NCBI GenBank assembly: GCA_035574195.1
Contig: DATLZE010000109.1
Coordinates: 19,238 to 83,237 of the forward strand
DNA from: Burkholderiales bacterium
GTDB taxonomy: Bacteria; Pseudomonadota; Gammaproteobacteria; Burkholderiales; SG8-41
Length of the DNA: 64,000 bases
Reading direction: 5' to 3'
Made by a program: the position numbers and the translations under genes. Under the pieces are notes generated by a model. The model was given only the letters and a program-made list of their open reading frames with translations. It did no database searches and was not told where the DNA came from. Every line of letters begins with the position of its first letter. Positions within the stretch are counted from its first letter, which is position 1. Of the stretch, positions 26,601 to 35,474 are shown one piece after another.

Positions 26601-27449
26601 ACGACCACTCCGAGCGGCCTCGCCAAGATCTCCGGCTTCGCCCTCAATTTCGCGGTGGACAACACCACCACCATCGTCTATGGGGGCGATCTCCTCGGCA
26701 ACATGTGGCGCTTCGACATGACCACCGTGCCTCCCACCGTGCAGCGTATCGCCCAGCTGCGCGACGGCACCGGGCGCATCCAATCGGTCACCACCAAGCC
26801 CGAGGTGACGCGCTTCACCACGCCCGGCACCTTCAACGTGATCTACGTGGGCACCGGAAGGCTTCTCGGCAGCACCGATCTTCCGGACCCGGCGACGCTC
26901 ACCCCGCCCGAGCCTACCCGCGCCTACCAGCAGACGGTGTACGCGTTCAAGGACCCCGTCAACACCGATCTCGGCGACCTGCGCGGCGCCAACCTGGTGC
27001 AGCAGACGCTGACCGTGGTGGACTCCTCGACCCGCACGATCTCGAACAACACGGTCAACTGGGGAAGCAACAACGGCTGGTACGTGGACCTGAATCCCGC
27101 CAACGACTCCCCGGGCGAGCGCGTCAACATCGACCCGCAGCTCGTGCGCGGGGTTCTGCTCGTCGCGACCAACGAGCCGAACTCCGAGCCCTGCTCGGCG
27201 GGCGGCGACAGCTTCGTCTACCAGTTCGACTACCAGTCGGGCTCGTACGTCGCCTCCTCGCCCGGCGGCGTCGTCGGCACCCGGTTCGGCTCGGCGCTGC
27301 TCGCCGGCTTCGTGGTCTATCGCCTGCCGAGCGGGCAGCTCAAGTACACCGGCATTGATGTCGCCGGCAAAAAGAAGACCGAGGGCGTCAACCCTGGCAG
27401 CGGCAGCGCGCTCGGCAAGCGCGTGTCCTGGCGCGAGCTGATCCTGTAG
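23610..27449 (+). CDS. pilY1: type IV pilus tip adhesin / biogenesis factor PilY1 (vWA-containing)
   Basis: 1279 aa. Signal peptide, N-terminal vWA/MIDAS-like MFVLDDSGSM, C-terminal PilY1 propeller blocks (MLHAFNADTGVEMWAYVP, GGRGYYALDITDP, GYLYVLDAETG). Confidence 0.85.
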   Translation: MRNPSSLRRHALAAAFAACALAAIAPARAAQTDIAQAPLGTAPTVTVLPNLMFVLDDSGSMARDFMPDEVDNPTTCKSCPSGSCNVANTSCTAGHPPFYAAAFNTIYYNPQITYTPGVNSVGASLGNANPTAANNDPYISGSGTKDLVTTWREIYWCNTNSPSAAQLSDPNVCKRNGIHTPATFAYTATAASNSSPFAGGFPTTGFPFGIAVNSNPHYYEITPREHCTDETLTVCVASTTPTATHPVPALVRWCRASNSNATGTLGAGSPAPVSGGNPPFCQAKSSSTYAFPRFGNFTRVDIVPTVTTYGNRPNRTDCAARPVCTYAEELQNFANWYSYYRTRMLLMKTGVGRAFASLDDRYRIGFLTINASSSARYLKIDKFTQTHKDAWYAKFYAMTPSGSTPLRLALSRVGRHYAGRTDGINSFMPDDPVQYSCQQNFTLLTTDGYWNSSRGKQIDGVTDIGNQDNVDSGFSTRTVGAFDGITSGATDADPGSTGSRNTLADVAMYYYKTDLRPTMKDNVPTSSKDTAAHQHMVTFTLGLGLDGLMNYRPDYETATAGDFFKIKTSATGCSFSPTSTCNWPLVTADSPSALDDLWHAAVNGRGIYFSARDPNQLQSGITGTLASIQTVTGAAASSATSTPNITPTDNFIYSSTYRTVKWDGEVVAERIDVTTGNVIPGIVWSAQTQLDGRVSASSDTRTIYTLGTTSGSPLVAATANKLKPFRYTDLTSAEKAFFDNKCIPAELPQCGPLPPGQLSQANNGANLVNYLRGQTGNEGTLYRDREHVLGDTVNAKPAFVGKPNLLYGDAVSPDYASFKAGPAGSRQSVLYIAANDGMLHAFNADTGVEMWAYVPRQVMPNMYKLAASNYDINHRYYVDGSPSTMDVFIGGAWKTILVGGLNAGGRGYYALDITDPLNPKGMWEICSDSTLCAISDPDMGLSYGNPIITKRPSDGKWVVLVTSGYNNVSPGDGRGYLYVLDAETGAILSKVTTGVGDTTTPSGLAKISGFALNFAVDNTTTIVYGGDLLGNMWRFDMTTVPPTVQRIAQLRDGTGRIQSVTTKPEVTRFTTPGTFNVIYVGTGRLLGSTDLPDPATLTPPEPTRAYQQTVYAFKDPVNTDLGDLRGANLVQQTLTVVDSSTRTISNNTVNWGSNNGWYVDLNPANDSPGERVNIDPQLVRGVLLVATNEPNSEPCSAGGDSFVYQFDYQSGSYVASSPGGVVGTRFGSALLAGFVVYRLPSGQLKYTGIDVAGKKKTEGVNPGSGSALGKRVSWRELIL

Positions 27450-27475
27450 CCCTCGTGTCCGGATCCGTTCCGGCA

Positions 27476-27982
27476 ATGCCGCAGCGCCGGCTCCTGCAGC
27501 CGGCTGCGGTCGCGGCACTGGCGATCGCGGCGGCTGTCGCGGGCGGGGCGGCCGCACAGGACAAGAAAAAGGCGCCGGCGCGCGCCGAGACCGTCACCGT
27601 GCAGGTGCTCATGCTCACCGACCGGCACGCGCGCCATCCCGAGGAGTACATCGAGGTCGCCGGCAAGCGCTACATCTATTTCGATTCTCCCCGGCTCGCG
27701 GTGCCGGCGCGCCCGCTCAACGAGCCGAAGCCGCGCTATCCGAAAGGCAAGTTCGAGCAGCGCGACGGGGCGGTGATCCTCCAGCTCCTGATCGACGAGC
27801 AGGGAACGGTCGAGCGCTCCGACGTGGTGTGCTCCGCGCCCCCCTTCGAGAAAAGCGCGCTCGAGGCCGTGAAGGGGTTGAAATTCAGGCCGGCCCAGGA
27901 CAAGAGCGGCCCGGTCAGAAGCTATCTGCTGGTCGAATTCGGCTACGGCCGCGGTTATCCCTGCGCCCGACTGCCCGACTGA
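27476..27982 (+). CDS. secreted TonB C-terminal-domain protein
   Basis: ORF 27455..27982 (GTG). ATG 27476 gives signal peptide MPQRRLLQPAAVAALAIAAAVAGGAAAQD. C-terminus PRYPKGKFEQRDGAVILQLLIDEQGTVERSDVVCSAPPFEKSALEAVKGLKFRPA matches the TonB_C pattern. No Pro-rich spacer or N-terminal TM anchor typical of TonB. Confidence 0.6.
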   Translation: MPQRRLLQPAAVAALAIAAAVAGGAAAQDKKKAPARAETVTVQVLMLTDRHARHPEEYIEVAGKRYIYFDSPRLAVPARPLNEPKPRYPKGKFEQRDGAVILQLLIDEQGTVERSDVVCSAPPFEKSALEAVKGLKFRPAQDKSGPVRSYLLVEFGYGRGYPCARLPD

Positions 27983-27986
27983 GGCC

Positions 27987-28952
27987 CTAGCAGCCGGCCG
28001 CGAGCGGATCCGAGAGGCCTCTCGGCAGGGGAAAAGTCACTTTTTCGGAAATCCCGGGAAGCTCTTCGATGCGCTCCGCACCGAGGCGCTTCAGTTTCTC
28101 CACCACCTGCGCAACCAGCACCTCGGGCGCGGAGGCGCCGGCGGTGACGCCGACGACACGTGCGCCCGCGACCCATGCGGGCTCCAGTTCCGCGGCACTG
28201 TCCACCCTGTAGGCGAGGACACCCTGGTTGCGGGCGACTTCCCGCAGGCGGTTCGAGTTGGAGCTGTTGGGCGAGCCCACCACGATCAGCACGTCGCAGC
28301 GACGGGCGAGCGCCTTCACCGCGTCCTGCCGGTTCTGGGTCGCGTAGCAGATATCGTCTTTCTTCGGGCCGACGATGCCGGGAAAGCGCCTGCGCAAGGC
28401 CTCGATCGTCTCGCGCGCGTCGTCCACCGAGAGCGTGGTCTGAGTGACGAAGGCGAGATGGTCCGGATCCCTCACCTGCAGCCGGGCGACGTCCCGCGGG
28501 TTTTCCACCAGATACATGCCGCCCTCGCTCTGCCCCATCGTGCCCTCGACCTCGGGATGGCCGCGGTGCCCGATCATGACGATCTCGCGGCCCTCTGCGC
28601 GCATCCTGGCGACCTCGACGTGCACCTTGGTCACCAGCGGACAGGTCGCGTCGAACACGCGCAGCCCCCGCGCCTGAGCCTGGCGGCGCACCGCCTGGGA
28701 GACGCCGTGCGCGCTGAATACCACAGTCGCGCCCTCGGGCACCTCCTCGAGGTCCTCGACGAACACCGCGCCCTTCGCCTTGAGGTCCCTCACCACATAT
28801 TGGTTGTGCACGACCTCGTGGCGCACGTAGATCGGCGCGCCGTGGGCCGCGAGCGCGCGCTCGACGATCTCGATCGCGCGGTCCACGCCGGCGCAGAAGC
28901 CGCGGGGATTGGCGAGCAGGACTTGCACGATCGAATTATATCGGACCGCCAC
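27987..28952 (-). CDS. ispH: 4-hydroxy-3-methylbut-2-enyl diphosphate reductase
   Basis: [22 protein letters not shown] and other IspH blocks. GTG start at 28952, or GTG 28928 giving [10 protein letters not shown]. Confidence 0.92.
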   Translation of the reverse strand: MAVRYNSIVQVLLANPRGFCAGVDRAIEIVERALAAHGAPIYVRHEVVHNQYVVRDLKAKGAVFVEDLEEVPEGATVVFSAHGVSQAVRRQAQARGLRVFDATCPLVTKVHVEVARMRAEGREIVMIGHRGHPEVEGTMGQSEGGMYLVENPRDVARLQVRDPDHLAFVTQTTLSVDDARETIEALRRRFPGIVGPKKDDICYATQNRQDAVKALARRCDVLIVVGSPNSSNSNRLREVARNQGVLAYRVDSAAELEPAWVAGARVVGVTAGASAPEVLVAQVVEKLKRLGAERIEELPGISEKVTFPLPRGLSDPLAAGC

Positions 28953-28997
28953 GCCGCCGGGGCGCTGCCCGAGCGCTCCCGGAGGCCCCCTCCGCCT

Positions 28998-29465
28998 TCA
29001 TCCCTGCGCCTTCCGCCCCGGCCTGAACGCATCCCACACCAGCAGCGCCGCGCCGCAGGTAATGGCCGCGTCCGCGACGTTGAACGCCGGCCAGTGCCAG
29101 CCGAAAGCGTGGAAGTCGAGAAAATCGATCACCGAGCCGACTCGCACCCGGTCTATGACGTTGCCCACCGCGCCGGCGAGCACCAGCGAGAGCGCGGCCG
29201 CAAACAGGCGCTGGCGCGGGTGCCTCCACAGCAGGTAGAGGATCCACGCCGAGGCCACTGCCGCGATCGCGATGAACAGCCCCCGTTGCCAGCCACCGGC
29301 CTCGGCGAGGAAACTGAAGGCCGCGCCCGGGTTGTAGACCAGCACCAGATTGAAGAAGGGGGTCACAGCCACCGCCTCCCCGGGGGCGAGCGCGTGCACG
29401 ATCGCGAGCTTGGCCGCCTGGTCGAGGGCCACGATCAGCGCGGCGAGCGCGAGCCATTGCTTCAT
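28998..29465 (-). CDS. lspA: lipoprotein signal peptidase II
   Basis: 155 aa, four TM segments, NPGAAFSF and GAVGNVIDR / FNVAD motifs. Confidence 0.92.
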   Translation of the reverse strand: MKQWLALAALIVALDQAAKLAIVHALAPGEAVAVTPFFNLVLVYNPGAAFSFLAEAGGWQRGLFIAIAAVASAWILYLLWRHPRQRLFAAALSLVLAGAVGNVIDRVRVGSVIDFLDFHAFGWHWPAFNVADAAITCGAALLVWDAFRPGRKAQG

Positions 29466-29643
29466 GCAGTCATCCCGAAAGCCGATGGTCGCCGGTCGTA
29501 CCGAATGATTGTCTCCAGCCCCAGATCACGGAACTCGCACAGAGCTTCCAGAGCAGAGTGCGAGATTTTTCTCTGCGGTCTTTCTGCGGCCTGATTTCCG
29601 GTTTCATCCGCGCCTACCGCCGGTTACCCCCCGTCGAGCAGGG

Positions 29644-32517
29644 TCACGCGTGCTCGCGCGGCTCGCCTGGGCCGAACAGGTTCGCGACGCAGCGGCCGCA
29701 GAGCGTCGGGTGCGCGGGATGGCGGCCCACGTCGGCGCGATAATGCCAGCAGCGCTCGCACTTGGGATGCGGGCTTGCGCTGACGCGTATTTTCACGCCA
29801 GGCAGCGCTGTCTCCACCGCCCGCGGATCGGCTCCGTCCACCACGCGCGCCTGCGAGGTGATGAACACGAAGCGCAGGTCATCGCCGAAGGAGGCGAGGA
29901 ACTCGCGGCTCTCGCCGTTCGCGTAGAGCTCGACCTCGCCCGCGAGCGAGGAGCCGATCAGCCCCGCGGCGCGCAGCGCCTCGAGCTGCTTCAGCACATC
30001 GGATCGCAACGCCCTCAGCTTTCTCCAACGCTCGCGCAGCGCGTCCGCGTCGCGCGGCAGCCGGAACTCGTACCAGGTCTGCTCGAACACGCTCGCCTCG
30101 CCCCCCACCAGCACCTCCCATGCCTCCTGCGCGGTGAACGAGAGGATCGGCGCGAGCAGCCGCGTGAGCGAATGCGCGATGTGGTAGAGCGCGTTCTGCG
30201 CCGAGCGCCGGGCGCGCGAGCCCTTCGGTGCGGTGTAGAGGCGGTCCTTGAGGATATCGAGGTAGAAGCCGCCGAGGTCCTCGGAACAGAAGGTCTGCAG
30301 CTTCTGCGCGACCAGGTGGAACTCGTAATTGCCGTAGTGACCCGGAGAGGCGGGATCCGCCACGCCCAGCTCGGAGGGCACGAGCGCGCTCTGCAGGTCG
30401 CGGGTCATCACCCACGCGTAGCGGTCGATCTCGAGCCATTCGTCCACCGGCAGCACGTCGCGCGCGAGGTCGAAATCGGCGAGGTTCGCGAGCAGGAAGC
30501 GCAGCGTGTTGCGGATGCGGCGGTAGGACTCCACCACGCGCTTGAGGATCTCGCGCGAGATCGAGAGCTCGCTCGAATAGTCGGTCATCGCGACCCACAG
30601 CCGCAAGATATCGGCTCCCAGCTCGTCCATCACTTGCTGCGGGGCGATGACGTTGCCGAGCGACTTGCTCATCTTGCGGCCTTCGCCATCTACCACGAAG
30701 CCGTGCGTGAGCAGCGCCCGGTAGGGCGGCGCACCGTCCAGCATGCAGGCGGTGAGCAGCGAGGAATGGAACCAGCCGCGATGCTGGTCCGAGCCCTCGA
30801 GGTAGAGGTCGGCCGGGAAGCCCGACTGCGCGCGGTGCGATCCCCGCAGCACCGTGAAATGCGTGCAGCCGGAATCGAACCACACGTCGAGCGTGTCGCG
30901 CACTTTCTCGTAATGCTCGGCATCGGAGCCGAGCAGCTCCTCGGCCTCGAGCGACTGCCAGGCCTCGATGCCGCCCGCCTCCACGCGCTTCGCCACCTGC
31001 TCGAGCAGCTCGAGAGTGCGCGGATGCAACTCTCCGGTTTCGCGATGGATGAAGAAGGGCATCGGCACGCCCCACTGGCGCTGGCGCGACAGCGTCCAGT
31101 CGGGGCGGTTCGCGATCATGCTGGAGAGCCGTGCTCGCCCCCAGGAAGGATAGAACCGCGTCGCCTCGACTCCGCGCAGCGCGGTCGCCCGCAGCGGCTC
31201 CGCCGGCCTCGCGCCCCGGAAGCCGGGCACCTCGTCCATGCCGGCGAACCACTGCACGGTGGCGCGCAGGATCACCCTCGTCTTGTGGCGCCAGCAGTGC
31301 ATATAGCTGTGGCGGTGGGCTGCGGCATGGAGCAGCGCCCCCGTCTGCCGCAGGCGCTCCACGATCACGGGGTTCGCCTCCCAGATCGTCATCCCGCCGA
31401 AGAGCGGAAGCGAGGCAGCGTAGCGGCCGTCGGCCATCACGGGCGCGAGGATTTCCTCGTCCTTCATGCCGTAGCGGCGGCAGGATTCGAAGTCCTCGAC
31501 GCCGTAGGCGGGCGCCGAGTGCACGATGCCGGTACCGGTGTCGAGCGTCACGTATTCGGCGAGGTGCACCGGGGAGAGCCGGTCGTAGAACGGGTGGCGG
31601 AAGCGCACGCCCTCGAGCGCCGCGCCGCGGCACGTGCCGAGGACCCGGTGGCGCCCGATTCCGTAGCGCGCGAGGCAGCTCTCGCGCAGCTCGGCGGCGA
31701 GCACGAGCGGGCCGCGTTCCGTGGCGAGCAGCTCGTAGACGAACCCGGGATGCAGGTTGAGCGCCTGGTTGGCCGGCAGGGTCCAGGGCGTCGTCGTCCA
31801 GATGACGGTGCGCACAGGCTCCCGCGGCAGCTCGCCGAGGGCGAAGGCGTGCCGCAGCTTCTCGCGATCCTCGCCGTGGAGCTCGAACGCGACGTCAATC
31901 GCGACGTCCTCGACTTCCTCGTACTCGACCTCGGCCTCGGCGAGCGCCGAGCCGCAGTCGAAGCACCAGTTGACGGGCTTCAACCCCCGGTAGAGGTAGC
32001 CCTTTCTGAGCAGCAGCCCGAGCGCGCGGATTTCGTCGGCCTCGTTGCGGTAGGCCATGGTGAGGTAGGGATTGTCCCAGTCGCCGAGCACACCCAGGCG
32101 CTGGAAGTCCCGTTTCTGGCGCTCGACCTGCTCGGCCGCGTAGGCGCGGCACAGCCGCTGCGTCTCGGCCGCGGGCAGCCCCTTGCCGTGCATCCGCTCG
32201 ATCTGCACCTCGATCGGCATGCCGTGGCAGTCCCAGCCCGGGACGTAGGGCGCGTCGAATCCGGAGAGGGTCTTCGACTTGACGATGATGTCCTTCAGGA
32301 TCTTGTTCACCGCGTGCCCGATGTGGATGTCGCCGTTGGCGTACGGCGGCCCGTCGTGCAGGATGAAACGCGGCGCGCCGCGGCGCGCGGCGCGGATGCG
32401 CTCGTAGAAGCGCCGTTGCTGCCAGGTTTTCAGCATCAGCGGCTCGCGCTTGGCGAGATCGCCGCGCATCGGGAATTTCGTATCCGGCAGGTTGAGCGTT
32501 TTCTTGTAGTCAGCCAT
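29644..32517 (-). CDS. ileS: isoleucine--tRNA ligase
   Basis: ORF 29644..32535 trimmed to ATG 32517 ([21 protein letters not shown]). [16 protein letters not shown], and C-terminal Zn cysteines CERCWHY..CGRC. Confidence 0.95.
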   Translation of the reverse strand: MADYKKTLNLPDTKFPMRGDLAKREPLMLKTWQQRRFYERIRAARRGAPRFILHDGPPYANGDIHIGHAVNKILKDIIVKSKTLSGFDAPYVPGWDCHGMPIEVQIERMHGKGLPAAETQRLCRAYAAEQVERQKRDFQRLGVLGDWDNPYLTMAYRNEADEIRALGLLLRKGYLYRGLKPVNWCFDCGSALAEAEVEYEEVEDVAIDVAFELHGEDREKLRHAFALGELPREPVRTVIWTTTPWTLPANQALNLHPGFVYELLATERGPLVLAAELRESCLARYGIGRHRVLGTCRGAALEGVRFRHPFYDRLSPVHLAEYVTLDTGTGIVHSAPAYGVEDFESCRRYGMKDEEILAPVMADGRYAASLPLFGGMTIWEANPVIVERLRQTGALLHAAAHRHSYMHCWRHKTRVILRATVQWFAGMDEVPGFRGARPAEPLRATALRGVEATRFYPSWGRARLSSMIANRPDWTLSRQRQWGVPMPFFIHRETGELHPRTLELLEQVAKRVEAGGIEAWQSLEAEELLGSDAEHYEKVRDTLDVWFDSGCTHFTVLRGSHRAQSGFPADLYLEGSDQHRGWFHSSLLTACMLDGAPPYRALLTHGFVVDGEGRKMSKSLGNVIAPQQVMDELGADILRLWVAMTDYSSELSISREILKRVVESYRRIRNTLRFLLANLADFDLARDVLPVDEWLEIDRYAWVMTRDLQSALVPSELGVADPASPGHYGNYEFHLVAQKLQTFCSEDLGGFYLDILKDRLYTAPKGSRARRSAQNALYHIAHSLTRLLAPILSFTAQEAWEVLVGGEASVFEQTWYEFRLPRDADALRERWRKLRALRSDVLKQLEALRAAGLIGSSLAGEVELYANGESREFLASFGDDLRFVFITSQARVVDGADPRAVETALPGVKIRVSASPHPKCERCWHYRADVGRHPAHPTLCGRCVANLFGPGEPREHA

Positions 32518-32531
32518 CAGCCAACAGCACG

Positions 32532-33485
32532 TCACATGCCGGATTTTCTCGGCACCTGGACAGCCCGGTTAAAAAACGCCTTGGCATTTTCCACGTCGCG
32601 CTCGATCTGGCGCACGAGCGCGGCGAGATCGGCGAACTTCTCCTCGTCGCGCAGCTTGTGCAGGAACTCGACGCGCACGTGCCGGCGGTAAAGATCGGCC
32701 TCGAACCCGGGAACGTGTACTTCCAGCACCGGCGCGCCCTGCCGCGCCACCGTCGGCCTCACCCCCAGGCTCGCCACGGCCTCGAGCGGCTCGCGCGCGG
32801 CGCCATGGAGCCGCACCGCGAAGATGCCAGTGAGCGGCGGGCGGTTGTGCTTCATCTGGACGTTGGCGGTCGGAAAACCGAGCTTGCGGCCCAGGCCGTT
32901 GCCGCGCACCACGCGTCCGCTGATCGAATAGGCGCGCCCGAGCAGCCGCTCCGCGCGCTCGAGATCTCCGGCGGCGAGCGCCCGGCGCACCGCGGTGCTC
33001 GATACCCGTTCCCCGTCGAGCGTGACGCTCGCGAGCGCCGCGACCTCCAGCCCGAGCCGGGGCGCAAGGCGCCTGAGCAGCGCGAGGTCTCCGGCGCGCC
33101 GCGCACCGAAGCGGAAGTCATCGCCCACCAGCACCCAACGGGCGCCCAGCCCCTTCACCAGGATGCGCTCGACGAAGTCCTCCGCCGCGATCTGCGCGAA
33201 TGCATAGTTGAAGCGGCAGACGTGCAGACGCGCGACCCCGAATCCGGCGAGCAGCTCCACCTTCTCGCGCAGCGAGGTGAGGCGCGTGGGCGCCTGGTCG
33301 GGCGCGAAGAATTCGCGCGGGTGCGGCTCGAAGGTGAGCACGCAGGCGGGAAGCGCGAGGCGAGCCGCCGCGCGCGCGAGCTCGGCGAGCATCGCCTGAT
33401 GCCCCAGGTGCACGCCGTCGAAATTGCCGATGGTGAACGCGGCGGGAGCGGCCGCGGCGGCGGGAACGCCGCGCGTGATGCGCAT
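32532..33485 (-). CDS. ribF: bifunctional riboflavin kinase / FAD synthetase
   Basis: [11 protein letters not shown] nucleotidyltransferase motif and C-terminal riboflavin-kinase block (GFPTAN...). ATG 33485; the ORF track start at 33494 is TTG. Confidence 0.92.
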   Translation of the reverse strand: MRITRGVPAAAAAPAAFTIGNFDGVHLGHQAMLAELARAAARLALPACVLTFEPHPREFFAPDQAPTRLTSLREKVELLAGFGVARLHVCRFNYAFAQIAAEDFVERILVKGLGARWVLVGDDFRFGARRAGDLALLRRLAPRLGLEVAALASVTLDGERVSSTAVRRALAAGDLERAERLLGRAYSISGRVVRGNGLGRKLGFPTANVQMKHNRPPLTGIFAVRLHGAAREPLEAVASLGVRPTVARQGAPVLEVHVPGFEADLYRRHVRVEFLHKLRDEEKFADLAALVRQIERDVENAKAFFNRAVQVPRKSGM

Positions 33486-33577
33486 ACAACTCAAGCCCGG
33501 ACGCGACTAAAAGCTTGAATTGTAGCGTGTTTTGACAGGCCGAGCCAGCTTGCCCGGAAGAAAAACGCGCTCCCCGC

Positions 33578-34291
33578 TCAGGCGGCCGCGGTTTCGCGGG
33601 TGCAGGCCGAATGCAGCCCGCACTCCTTCGATTCCGGTGCCTCCCACCACCAGCGCCCGGCGCGCACATCCTCGCCGGGGGCGACGGCACGGGTGCAGGG
33701 AGCGCAGCCGATGCTCGGATAGCCGCGATCGTGCAGCGGGTTGTACGGCACGCGGTGCACGCGGATGTAGGCCCACACCTCCTCCTCGCTCCAGTGGGCG
33801 AGCGGATTGAACTTCATCATCCCGTGCACGGCGTCGAACGATTCGACTGCGAGATCGCTGCGCGTCGCCGACTGCGCCCGCCGCAGGCCGGTCACCCACG
33901 CCCGCTTGCCGGCGAGCGCGCGCTCGAGCGGCTCCACTTTGCGGATGCGGCAGCACGCCTTGCGCAGCTCGACGCTGCGATAGAAGCCGTTCACGCCGTG
34001 CGCGAACACGTACTCTTCGACCGCATCCGATCTCGGGAAATACACGCGCAGACGCTTGCCGTAGCGCGCAGCGACCGCATCGAGCAGCGCGTAGGTCTCG
34101 TCGGGCAGGCGCCCGGTGTCGAGCGTGAAGACCTCGATGCCAAGGCCGTCGCCGAAAATCATGTCCGTGAGCACCATGTCTTCGGCCCCCAGGCTGCTGG
34201 CGAACGCGGCGGGCTCGTATTGCTCCGCGATTCGGCGGAGCAGTTCTCGCGCGGCGTCAATCTTTTGGTGCAAAACGACAGGCATGTCCAT
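33578..34291 (-). CDS. cysH: assimilatory adenylyl-sulfate (APS)/PAPS reductase, Fe-S type
   Basis: PAPS-reductase fold with CC (KACCRIRK), CxxC (GCAPCT) and C-terminal ECGLH, the cysteine set of APS-type CysH. Starts possible at 34321 (GTG), 34291 or 34285 (ATG). Confidence 0.88.
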   Translation of the reverse strand: MDMPVVLHQKIDAARELLRRIAEQYEPAAFASSLGAEDMVLTDMIFGDGLGIEVFTLDTGRLPDETYALLDAVAARYGKRLRVYFPRSDAVEEYVFAHGVNGFYRSVELRKACCRIRKVEPLERALAGKRAWVTGLRRAQSATRSDLAVESFDAVHGMMKFNPLAHWSEEEVWAYIRVHRVPYNPLHDRGYPSIGCAPCTRAVAPGEDVRAGRWWWEAPESKECGLHSACTRETAAA

Positions 34292-34360
34292 GATCGTCCT
34301 TGGATTCAAGAACTGGAACACGACCGAGGCGTACGGGCTCGACCGCCTCGGCGGCGGCCG

Positions 34361-35128
34361 TCACGCCGTCTGACACGCCGCGCGGGAAGCGGTCCGCTCG
34401 GCCGCCGCAACTGCCGCTTCGAACACGCGGCCGAGCATGATCGTCGTCGGCCCGGTGAGGCCCAGGTTCGCGATGCGCGGCAGCTCCTCGAGCCTCAGCG
34501 CGACGTGACGCGACTGCGGGAGCGAAGCGTTCTCGACCACCAGCACGGGCAGCTCGGGTGGCGCGCCCGCCGCGAGCAGCGCGGCGGTCATGGCCGGCGC
34601 TTCGCCCGCGCCCATGTAGATCACGGCGGTATCGGCCGCGGCGGCGTTGCGCGCCCAGTCGCTGGGGGCGCTGCCGCCCGCAACGCGCGGCGTGACAAAC
34701 ACGACGCTGCGGGCGGATCCCCGCTGCGTCAAGGAAACGCCCGCCTCGGCCGCCGCAGCGAGCGCCGCCGTCACCCCGGGAACCACCTCGTAGGGCACGC
34801 CCGCGGCGCAAAGGGCTGCGATCTCCTCCTGCGCGCGCCCGAAGAGCATCGGGTCACCGCCCTTGAGCCGCACCACCACGGCATGGCGGCGCGCCGCATC
34901 CACCAGCCGCTTGTTGATGAACTGCTGGGCGGTCGCGAATTTCCCGCAGCGCTTGCCGACCGCGATTTTCACGGCGCGCGCGGCGAGCGCGAGCACCTCG
35001 GGATGCACCAGCGCGTCGTGGAACACGATGTCGGCGCGCCGCAGCACCTGCGCTCCGCGCAGCGTGACGAGATCGGCTGCGCCGGGGCCCGCACCCACCA
35101 GATAGACCTTGCCGACGGCTTTCGACAT
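34361..35128 (-). CDS. cobA: uroporphyrinogen-III C-methyltransferase (SUMT; sirohaem branch)
   Basis: 255 aa. VYLVGAGPGAADLVTLRG, GGDPMLFGR and VPGVTAA motifs. SUMT domain only, no CysG N-terminal dehydrogenase/chelatase domain. Confidence 0.88.
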   Translation of the reverse strand: MSKAVGKVYLVGAGPGAADLVTLRGAQVLRRADIVFHDALVHPEVLALAARAVKIAVGKRCGKFATAQQFINKRLVDAARRHAVVVRLKGGDPMLFGRAQEEIAALCAAGVPYEVVPGVTAALAAAAEAGVSLTQRGSARSVVFVTPRVAGGSAPSDWARNAAAADTAVIYMGAGEAPAMTAALLAAGAPPELPVLVVENASLPQSRHVALRLEELPRIANLGLTGPTTIMLGRVFEAAVAAAERTASRAACQTA

Positions 35129-35134
35129 TTCCGC

Positions 35135-35464
35135 TCACAACTCGAGATACTGCCGCTTGTCGGCCGCAGCGACCTTTGCCCATCGCTCGGCCTCGGGCAG
35201 GGGATCCTTCCGGTTCGTGATCGCCCGCCACTTTCTCGCGAGCTCTGCGTTGAGCGCGATGTATTCGACCTGATCGGGCGGCACCTCGGCTTCCGGGTAG
35301 ATCGCGTTCACCGGGCATTCGGCCACGCACAGCGTGCAATCTATGCAGGTCTCGGGATCGATCGCGAGAAAATTCGGCCCCTCCACGAAGCAGTCCACCG
35401 GGCACACTTCAACGCAATCGGTGTACTTGCAGCCAATGCAGGCGCCGGTCACGACGTAGGCCAT
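35135..35464 (-). CDS. fdxA: 7Fe (3Fe-4S + 4Fe-4S) ferredoxin, FdxA-type
   Basis: [14 protein letters not shown] ... [12 protein letters not shown] cluster motifs, 109 aa. Confidence 0.88.
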   Translation of the reverse strand: MAYVVTGACIGCKYTDCVEVCPVDCFVEGPNFLAIDPETCIDCTLCVAECPVNAIYPEAEVPPDQVEYIALNAELARKWRAITNRKDPLPEAERWAKVAAADKRQYLEL

Positions 35465-35474
35465 CGCGCTCCTC

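Noticed and set aside
23508-27557. Very long ORFs antisense to real genes: 1349 aa opposite pilY1; also 29509..32691 opposite ileS, 49103..51217 opposite metE, 4619..7012, 8207..9907, 35508..37601 and 40549..42552 upstream of rpsT.
   Set aside because: Their translations are Arg/Ala/Gly/Pro-rich low-complexity strings with no recognisable motifs. The opposite strand in each case encodes a full-length, motif-rich protein. Stop-poor antisense frames are expected at this GC content.
29534-29574. Plus-strand terminator-like hairpin in the ileS-lspA spacer (CTCGCAC...GTGCGAG followed by ATTTTTCTCT), plus a TTCTGCGG direct repeat.
   Set aside because: It is on the strand opposite to the ileS-lspA transcript with no plus-strand gene to terminate. 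The stem is only 7 bp with a large interior. It is likely incidental, or at most an antisense or processing feature that cannot be supported from sequence alone.
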